Source: Auanema rhodensis (Eukaryota > Animalia > Nematoda). From it: 64,000 bases of DNA. Shown in pieces: positions 26,069 through 34,409 of the stretch. Every line of letters starts with the position of its first letter. Positions within the stretch are counted from its first letter, which is position 1. The stretch is from positions 3,286,001 through 3,350,000 of the forward strand of contig OZ059898.1 of assembly GCA_964057225.1 (NCBI GenBank), given 5' to 3'. The notes under the pieces were generated by a model that did no database searches, was not told the DNA's origin, and saw only the letters and a list, made by a program, of their open reading frames with translations. The position numbers and the translations under genes are program-made.

Positions 26069-29000
26069 ATGGCTGCTAATAGGTTGTGTCTTTTTGATTA
26101 TTTGTTTGTAAACTTTTTCTTTTTTTAGTTATAAACGTTTATGTGAAGAGCTAGGATTTGATTATGAAGAAATCAATCAGCTCAGGTAATTTAACAATAT
26201 TTTGAATCTTTATATATATTTTGTTTTTTAGTAAACGTATAAAGTTTACCGAGGCTGGTGAGATCGAGCTCTGTGAGCCCACATCACCCACTTTTAACAG
26301 TGGGCCCTCATCATCAAGGGTTATTGAAGTAATAACCTTGGATGACAGTGATGAGTAAGCGATATTAAAATTATAACATTTTGTTTTTTTCTTTTTAAGC
26401 GAATGGGATCCTGCTACCCCATCAACCAGTGGAGGGCAAGTCGGATATGGAGCGGCATTCAACGATGTCTGTAAAATAGAGGTGCGATCTTTTATTTACA
26501 TATCATTTCATAATATATCTTTTGAAACATGAAATTTTCTCTTGCTCCAATTGCATATTTTGAAAACATTTTGAAATTTATTTCTCTTTTTCAATTGCAT
26601 TCATAAAATTCTCTCTTTCTCATCTTTACATTTCATCTCAATCTATATATTTTATCAAACAAATTGCAAGTATTTTGAAACTTATATATTCATTCTTTTG
26701 AACAGCATTCATTTTAAAATCTTTACATTTTATCTCACTATATATCTTTCTTTCAACCAATTTTGAATTCTTACAAATTATAAATATTTCAAACATTTTG
26801 AACTAGTAAAATAATAAAACACCATCTTGACCTTTTCATTTATTTTTAAACATTAACAAATGTTTATAAAAGAAAAAACTTTATATTTAAAAATCAAATG
26901 CCATTTATTTTTAATAAAAGAATATAAAGATGATTTAAAGAAAAGTAAATTTATTAAAAGTTATAAACAAAAATTATTTATATTTAAATTAAAAGCGTAT
27001 AACCATTATAAAAAATATGTATTATAGTGGTCACACCGACGCATAAAACGAACTGGTCGGTTCACCAACGTGGTCGTTAGATCGCTCACGTTCCCACATT
27101 TGGAAGCCATTAATGAGCCAATGCATGTTGTCATGCCGCGGCTATTTAATGAGTTTCTTGATCGGTGCCTTGCTGAAAGTGGTGTGCCAGATAAACAAAA
27201 AGCGCTATTTTGTTTATCAATAGAGCACCCATCCTTTGAAAAGGGATCCATATTTATGGATTTCCGTAGAAGGGAGCATTTGGATGGCGTTGCCATCATG
27301 AATGCAATCAGCAAGGTGCAGCAATCAAAGCGAGAGGCTGTAATTAGCCAGGCAATGAATATTGAAATGTATGTGTTTGATGAGAGACCAGTGCAGCCAA
27401 GCCTGATGCCTGGTGAAGGTAGAGTTGGTTTCTATTTTGATGCCGAACTCAAAATACCTGGCACTATTGAGAACACTGACACTCATTGCCTGGCTAGAGC
27501 AGCAGTTGTGGGAATGTGGAAAGCCGATGAAGAGGCAGCAGAAGATGTTGTTGAAAAGCGGAGGATACAAAATCTTCGTCGCAACTACATCTTGTTGCCA
27601 AATCAACCACATCATATCAATTTATTAAATAGGTGTGGTATTTCTGTACATTTACCAAATTATAATTTAAATCATTTAAATATTATTGCAAGTTGTAATA
27701 CAGACTATAAGTTTGTAGTATACGCAAGGCCACCTGGACAGCGTATGTACGCTATTCAGCGTATCTTTAATGAAACGGCTAGCAAAGTGGTAACACTAGG
27801 CTACCGAAATAATCATTATGACTGTATTACAACTTGTAGTAGATCACAGATTTTTGATGGTATTATATGCCAACACTGTAAATTATCTTACAAAACAGTG
27901 TTGCATAGATGTAAAGCCAAGTGTAAGAAATGCCACACCTTAAAATGTAATTCGATGGAAAATGTGGTTGAAAGTAGCATAAGATGTGATAGTTGTAGAG
28001 TTTTGTTTAAAACTCGTCAATGCTTTGACAGGCATATTAGAAAAACATGTCGAATGTTTAAGGTAATTTAAAAAATATATATAAAATTTAACATGACTAA
28101 ATTCAGACATGTGAAAACTGTGATCATTATCACAGAGTACGTGCTGATAGACCGCACAATTGCAATGAGAAATTTTGCAAAAAGTGTGGGCAAACAAAGC
28201 CTGAAGATCATTCTTGTTGTTGGGTACCACCTAACGACAAGAAGAAGGATCAGTTAAAAAAGAGGCAAGAGAAATACAAGGTTTGTATTTTACATCTTTA
28301 CAAGTGTAATGCTTACTTGTTTAAGATTATTTTCTATGACTTTGAAACGGTTGTGTTAAAAAGCGGTACAAATGTTCATGAATATGCAGATGAACAATGG
28401 CCCAATATGGTTGTGTATAATAAATTTTGTGAAAGTTGTATAGATGCCAACTCATGTGAAAAATGCACAACCAAGGAGGGCCATTTTGGGTATCAACAAG
28501 GTGATAGTGAATGGTCTGTAACAGATCGTTTCCTTGATTGGTTACTCAACTCTGTTGAGAATGATAATGCAATTTTGATTGCGCATAATGGTTCACGCTT
28601 TGACATACATTTCTTGGTGTCTAGGCTGATAAACCGTGGTATATATCCTGATCCAATTTTAAATGGGACCAAGATTATAAGCATGGTTGTCAAGCCTTTA
28701 AGAGGTCAAAAATTTAATCATTTATATTTTAAAGATAGTTATTTATTAGTGCCTTTACCCCTATCAGCGTTACCCAAGGCATTTGGTGTACCTGATATGA
28801 GTAAAGGACAGTTTCCTTACCTCTTTAACCATCCAATAAATTATGGCAAAGTGTTACCATCTTTACCACCAAAACAGTACTATTGTACTGCTAGAATGAA
28901 AGCAGAAGACTTAGCTTCATTCAATATTTGGTATGAAGAGCGTAATCAAAGAGCGTTTGATTTTGATGAAGAGCTTTTGGAATATTGTAGGACAGATGTC

Positions 29001-31255
29001 CGTATTTTAACCAACTGTATGAAAGTTTACATGAAGTTGGCAACCGCCACCACTGGCTGGAACCCTGTCATACAGTGTATGACATTTGCCAGTTTCTCTT
29101 TATTCCAGGCAAGTTTTTTAAAATACAAGCATTTTCAAAACTAGTATATTACAGCTGAAAATGAATCATATTAAAAAGAACCAAGTGGGTATTCTGCCCG
29201 AGACTGGTTATTATGCCGGTCAAAAGCAGAGTATAATAGCCATAAAGTATATAAAATGGCTAGAACAAGGATTGGGGCGCCCATTAATGCATAAGCTTAA
29301 TGGTGGCGAATTTGCAGTGAGAGTAGATGGCCATCGCTATCTACTCGATGCTTATGACCCCGTTGCCAATCATGGCTATGAGGTGAGTAATTTGTGATAA
29401 ATGTAAAAAGTGCAAATTTTTGTAGATTAATGGTTGCATTTACCATGGTTGCCCCCAGTGCACCAACAAGAGCGCTATAGCACCAGGCAGAAATGGTGAA
29501 ACAATGGAAGAGGTAATTGTGACTTTTTTTTAATCATTTTAAGTTTTAAAATTTAGGTTTATGATAAAACCATGAAAAGGCTTGAAGCAATTCAAAGCCA
29601 AGGCATTAGTGTTACCACAGTGTGGGAGCACGAAATTAATGCTCAAATTTCGGCCAATGAAGAAATGGCGAAATTTATGCGTGAAACAAATGTTGTTACA
29701 CGCTTGGCACCTAGAGATGCCTTTACCGGTGGCCGCACCCAGACATATAAGCTTTTGGCACAAGCTTCGGATAGATACTCGCTCGAGTATGTGGACTTTT
29801 GTTCACTATATCCATATGTCACCGCTTTTGATGCCTATTACCCTGTAGGTAATCCCAAAGTTATTACTGAGGGTTTCAAAAGCTTTGAGACATGTTGCCC
29901 ATACAAGGGGCTAGTAAAATGTGACGTGCTTGCACCCACAAATTTGCTGTACCCTGTATTAGGTACACGTATTGGCGGTAAACTAATTTTTACAAACTGC
30001 CGCACTTGTGCAGTCAAAAGTAAAAATGTAGCATGTGAGCACCAGAATGATGTAAATGCTAGAAAGCTGCATCTAACTGTGACACATGTTGAGCTCGAGT
30101 GTGCCATACAACGTGGCTATAAAGTGCTTCATGTGCATGAGGTGTGGCACTGGGAAGAATGGCAACAAGGCGGCCTGTTTAAAGAATTTGTACAAAAGTA
30201 CATAAAAATTAAACAAGAGGCGTCGGGCTGGCCAAAGCCAAACATGACAGAGGAAGAAAAGGTATGTTTTAATAAAAGTATCACATTAAATAGAATTTTA
30301 CAGGTAATATATCTCCAAGAACACGAGGAGAACACTGGTGTTGCTCTGGAGAGCAATAAAATTGAAAAGAATGCTGCCATGCGTAGCATTGCCAAACTGC
30401 AGCTAAATAGGTTTGTAAACTTTTTAAAACAATACATTACAAATTTGCTTATAGTGTCTGGGGTAAAATGGGTCAAAGACCTGATAAAGCCCAAACCAAG
30501 ATTATTGGTGTTGAGGACCCAGAAATTGGTAGGATCATTACTGATCCTGCAAGGGAACTCACTGGGTTCAAAATTGTGGATAATGTTGCGTACTGCACAA
30601 CAGTACCAGAGGATTCACATTTGGCGCCACCGCCTTTTACAAATGTAGCTATTGCGGCCTATACAACCGCTCATGCAAGGCTACTATTGTATAAGGCAAT
30701 GGAGAAAATTGGAAAGAATTTGGTGTATACAGGTAATTTTATACTTGTATTCAATTTAAACTTACATTATTTAGACACGGATTCTCTAATTTATCAAAGA
30801 TGCCTAGATGAGCCAGATCCAATTGAGGATATGAAGGGTGAATGGTTAGGTAAACTAACCTCTGAAATACCCGATGGTTGGTCAATGACCAAGTTTGTAT
30901 CACCAGCGGCAAAAGTTTATAGTTATAAACTTGTAAATGCAGCTGGTGATGTAAAATATGTAACAAAGGCAAAGGGAGTGGTAAGTACGAGCTTTGACTT
31001 TTCAAATAATTTTATAATTTACAGACGTTGGACCACACGGCAGCGTCAGTGGTAAACTTTGAAAGTATGGAGCGACTGGTTCGCGGTCTCGTTATGGATG
31101 GAGAGAAATTGGTTTTAAAAACCAACACAACCTTGTTAAAGAGGCAACTCGGTGCCATATCCACAATGGATATGACAAAAAGTACTAGAGTCGTAATGGA
31201 TAAACTTTGTTATCTTCAAGATTATAGTACTTTACCCTACGGTTATTGTGAATAA
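26069..31255 (+). CDS. pPolB: Protein-primed family B DNA polymerase, spliced, 1369 aa. Exons: 26069-26082, 26129-26185, 26232-26354, 26400-26481, 27028-28062, 28107-28280, 28326-29108, 29155-29382, 29426-29512, 29557-30261, 30304-30410, 30455-30732, 30775-30980, 31025-31255
   Basis: Joining at GT-AG sites (one GC-AG) gives 4110 nt in one open frame. Motifs: ExoI YDFET, ExoII AHNGSRFD, ExoIII YCRTDV, motif A DFCSLYP, C-terminal LPYGY. Splicing creates motif B KLQLNS|VWGK, motif C YTD|TDS, KAKGV|TL and the Vsr-like YE|INGCIYHGC. The first four exons are less certain than the rest. Confidence 0.93.
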
Positions 31256-31348
31256 TATATTTGAATTTATAAATTTTTATCTTGTATATATTTGTATTTA
31301 TAAAATTTTATCATTGTACATGTATTTATTTTTAAAAATAGTTGTATT

Positions 31349-31361
31349 AATAAATTTTATT
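31349..31361. terminator. Bidirectional poly(A) signal (pPolB / MCP)
   Basis: AATAAA-T-TTTATT between convergent stops 31255 and 31393. Confidence 0.6.
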
Positions 31362-31392
31362 CTTAAATCTTTTAAAGAATTTATTACATACA

Positions 31393-32721
31393 TTACAAAC
31401 TGGTATCAATATATGGAGCACGATTGTTGTCAATGGAAAGAATAGAGTCATACTCTGCATAAACAATTGCATATAAGCCCTCTTGCGGCGTTTGTTGACC
31501 AAATTCCAATTTCAAGGCTACATTACCTTGTCGTATAACATCAAATAACTCTGACGAATGCACAGTAGGAGAAATATCAAATACAAAAAATGTGAAACCA
31601 GCTTTATACATTGCTGGTGTAATACCATTGGATGAATCTGTACGACCAAGTCCCAAACCTTCCAGCATGTCAATATATGCTGTGGCATAGGAAGATCGCC
31701 ATTCTAAATTATAAGGACGGGTAGGTATTACCCTATTGTTGAGCGTCAAGTATATATTTTTCAAATCAAACGGTTTAAAGTTGAATGGTTTAAAAGTACC
31801 ATTATAGGCGTGTGCGCCAACAAGACCTACTACAACACGTTTTGGTGTGTGAGACGTGAATAATATATTATTAGGTGAATCCAAGCGGCCTCCTTCTATG
31901 AAATAAGAGCGCATTTTCACTGATGTCATGGGGTAGTGTATTCGATCCTTTGCGAGTTTATCTTCTATAGCCATAGCTAATCCAGCGTTTAGATCAAACT
32001 CTTGAATGAGCAAATGTACATCGCTGATATCTACTTTCAAATTTGGAAACTCCTCCTTTAATGTAGTATCCTTGTTTTCATTATTCCAGCCTAGAGTGTC
32101 AATTAAAAAGTTATCACGGTTTGGATATGCAGTTAGCTCCATTTTTGAATAGTTTACAAACAGTCGCTCTTGATTAAATAGGTCGATACTGACGGGAGCA
32201 GCCATCTCACACAATATGCCATTTTTTACAAGTGCTTGACGCGTTCTAAATCCAGCACTGGATGCATTATCTATATATCTATCAGCATAATAGCCTGATA
32301 TGGCAAGTTTGCTCTCTTTAACATCGTTGCTATACATTAAAATATTCTCGATATATGTTTTATAGGCATGATTCACGGTAGAGTCATACACGCTAACATC
32401 ACCAATTTTCAAATGATACGAATGTATTAAACTGGCAGCAAATTGTTGACATGGTGCAAAAACAAGGTTGTCTGGTACTGGATCACCGTTTGTGGTTACA
32501 ATTTTAAATTTTACATTCAACCAACATCTTCTCAGATTGAGGAATGATTTGGAATTTTGAGCTATAACAAATTCCCATGGTCCTTGAGGAAGAAACGTAT
32601 TTTTCAAAGGGACTTGTACAGTACGAGTAGACTCTACACCTAATGCCGACGCTGGTATATCACCATAGTTGATATTAGGTAAAAGGGCTTGTGCTGATTT
32701 TGAATCTATCAATTTAGCCAT
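31393..32721 (-). CDS. PY: Major capsid protein (double jelly-roll, Polinton PY), 442 aa
   Basis: Intact ORF of the expected size with beta-rich segments typical of Polinton PY (PKRVVVGLV, PFNFKPFDL, YKAGFTFFVFDISP, IVYAEYD). Position in the element is consistent. Confidence 0.9.
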   Translation of the reverse strand: MAKLIDSKSAQALLPNINYGDIPASALGVESTRTVQVPLKNTFLPQGPWEFVIAQNSKSFLNLRRCWLNVKFKIVTTNGDPVPDNLVFAPCQQFAASLIHSYHLKIGDVSVYDSTVNHAYKTYIENILMYSNDVKESKLAISGYYADRYIDNASSAGFRTRQALVKNGILCEMAAPVSIDLFNQERLFVNYSKMELTAYPNRDNFLIDTLGWNNENKDTTLKEEFPNLKVDISDVHLLIQEFDLNAGLAMAIEDKLAKDRIHYPMTSVKMRSYFIEGGRLDSPNNILFTSHTPKRVVVGLVGAHAYNGTFKPFNFKPFDLKNIYLTLNNRVIPTRPYNLEWRSSYATAYIDMLEGLGLGRTDSSNGITPAMYKAGFTFFVFDISPTVHSSELFDVIRQGNVALKLEFGQQTPQEGLYAIVYAEYDSILSIDNNRAPYIDTSL

Positions 32722-33174
32722 TTAAATGTGAAACGACCGCTCACGAGTGATGCACAACCGCTTATGAGGTTTTGTGGTTTTGCGTCGTCGCCGTTTGCCC
32801 AAGCCGGTAAGATCTCGTATAGCTTGCCGGCCGGCTGTTTTAAGAGTTTCCTTGATATTATCGCCTTTCAGCACCCCATCGACAATTTCATTACCAGTTT
32901 TCAGCAACTGTCCGCCAAGAGGTGAATTTACAACTGGACTTTTGCTTACAGCACTGGATAAGGCGTTTCTTCCGGCATTGATGAGATTTTGGGCTATAGG
33001 TGATTGAATGATGCGTGGTAGAAATGATGCCAAAGTTGCCAAAATACCACCCAAACCATGACCCCTCTGCATTCCACGTTGAAACATCATTCCGCTAAAT
33101 GGGGCGCCACCCATTTGTTGATTTAAAAGTGTTGTCCATTGAATAGAGTTGACATCCAAAAGGAGGTGCGGCAT
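32722..33174 (-). CDS. Small basic virion core / pVI-like precursor protein, ~150 aa
   Basis: First ATG at 33174 (MPHLLLD). Contains QMGG and QRGHGLGG motifs, amphipathic helices and a basic tail LTGLGKRRRRK. Its stop abuts the MCP ATG. Confidence 0.8.
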   Translation of the reverse strand: MPHLLLDVNSIQWTTLLNQQMGGAPFSGMMFQRGMQRGHGLGGILATLASFLPRIIQSPIAQNLINAGRNALSSAVSKSPVVNSPLGGQLLKTGNEIVDGVLKGDNIKETLKTAGRQAIRDLTGLGKRRRRKTTKPHKRLCITRERSFHI

Positions 33175-33225
33175 ATCGAACCGCACGCGCGCAATACAAA
33201 AGTTACACTAGATCATTCTACTAAA

Positions 33226-33681
33226 ATGTATTCGTCTGAAATAGTATCACTATTGCAATCTGTCCCCAGCACTCGGAAACTATTCCTCGGTGTATATAGC
33301 GCTGATACTCTACCCAAAACGCGTCGTAAAAACTTTGCACTTGTCGTAAATACTGACACACATGATAAGCCAGGCACACATTGGCAGGTCATCTTTGTCC
33401 GTAACAAGCAAGCCTATTTTTTCTGTAGCTTGGGATATAAAATGAACAAGTACATTCAAAATTATCTGGCCAAATATAAAAAGGTAAAAATTAATACTTG
33501 CAAACCACAACGTTTAATTGAATACACTTGTGGTGGCTATGTGGTATTTGTAATACTAATGTTGTCGGCTGGTAATTCATTTGAAAGCATTTGTTCATTT
33601 TTTAAACTATTGAAAAATGATGATGTCTTTATTAAAGCGTTTATGCATAAAGTATTCGACTATAAATTGGCTACTATATAA
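33226..33681 (+). CDS. PRO: Adenain/Ulp1-like (clan CE) cysteine protease, 151 aa
   Basis: First ATG at 33226. Motifs FLGVYSAD, VVNTD...PGTHW (catalytic His) and Q-x5-TCGGY (oxyanion Gln, catalytic Cys). The usual FDSxG reads FCSLG. Confidence 0.92.
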   Translation: MYSSEIVSLLQSVPSTRKLFLGVYSADTLPKTRRKNFALVVNTDTHDKPGTHWQVIFVRNKQAYFFCSLGYKMNKYIQNYLAKYKKVKINTCKPQRLIEYTCGGYVVFVILMLSAGNSFESICSFFKLLKNDDVFIKAFMHKVFDYKLATI

Positions 33682-33722
33682 GAAATTTGTCATTAATAAC
33701 CTGCTACATTACGTGGTCAGTT

Positions 33723-33893
33723 ATGAATATTCCTTGTCACTGTGAATTATGTGTCAAATACACGTTGGAGCAATCTAAACCAGCGCCTTTATACAGGAGA
33801 ATGTTGAAATGTATTTCAGTGCCATTTATTAAAGGTATAGCATTGGGATTGGGCTTTTGTACAACACTAGTCATATTATTGCTCATTATATAA
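33723..33893 (+). CDS. Small putative tail-anchored membrane protein, 56 aa
   Basis: ATG at 33723, preceded by a TATATAAG box at ~33675. N-terminal CHCELC, a basic linker, then a hydrophobic C-terminus GIALGLGFCTTLVILLLII. Fills the gap between two co-oriented genes. Confidence 0.5.
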   Translation: MNIPCHCELCVKYTLEQSKPAPLYRRMLKCISVPFIKGIALGLGFCTTLVILLLII

Positions 33894-33934
33894 AAGTGGG
33901 TTGATTGCGTGTGGTCGTTTTTCATTTTCCTCTA

Positions 33935-34399
33935 ATGGAACTTTTATGTAACAAATATTGTGGTACATGCAAGGAAATATTTTCTTCAACCAAGCATTTT
34001 AGTGATCACGTTTTGAAAAGACATGCAGGGATTCAACCCATATGTAACAATTATATCAGCAATGCTGACTTTATTCAAAAATATGGACATTTGGATGGTG
34101 TTCGTAGACGTTTGTGCCCTCATTGTAGTGAAACTTTTGGAACAAGATTCAATTGTGAGCGTCATATTCGGCGTATTCATAATAATAATGGAACGAATGG
34201 TGAAGATGGTGATGGAAATGATACCAGCAAACCCTTTGAAAAAGCTGAGGAGTTTGTACATTCAACCCAATCAAAAAGATGCCGCAGCAATAGTGACGGA
34301 GAACATTCACAACACGAGCCGAGCGACAAACAAAACTGCCCTAAACTATCTTTTAAACCTTCGAAAATAAAAATGTGGTATTGTATAACTGTTGAATAA
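33935..34399 (+). CDS. C2H2 zinc-finger protein (two fingers), 154 aa
   Basis: CGTC-x12-HVLKRH and CPHC-x12-HIRRIH both have the conserved Phe. TATAAAAG lies at ~33889-33896 upstream of ATG 33935, and AATAAA overlaps the stop. Confidence 0.85.
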   Translation: MELLCNKYCGTCKEIFSSTKHFSDHVLKRHAGIQPICNNYISNADFIQKYGHLDGVRRRLCPHCSETFGTRFNCERHIRRIHNNNGTNGEDGDGNDTSKPFEKAEEFVHSTQSKRCRSNSDGEHSQHEPSDKQNCPKLSFKPSKIKMWYCITVE

Positions 34400-34409
34400 A
34401 ACGTTTATT
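34395..34409. terminator. Bidirectional poly(A) signal (zinc-finger gene / penton)
   Basis: AATAAA-ACG-TTTATT. Each hexamer contains the TAA stop of its own gene. Confidence 0.7.

Noticed and set aside
26129-26280. LxCxE Rb-binding motif in the pPolB leader (RLCEE, ELCEP)
   Set aside because: Spacing does not fit L-x-C-x-E.
27070-31255. pPolB as a frameshifted pseudogene or six separate genes
   Set aside because: Every break is bounded by splice sites with a uniform 42-46-nt spacing, and splicing restores frame and catalytic motifs.
31248-31445. 65-aa hydrophobic ORF after pPolB
   Set aside because: GTG start in an AT-rich convergent 3'-UTR region containing the poly(A) signals, and it overlaps the MCP end.
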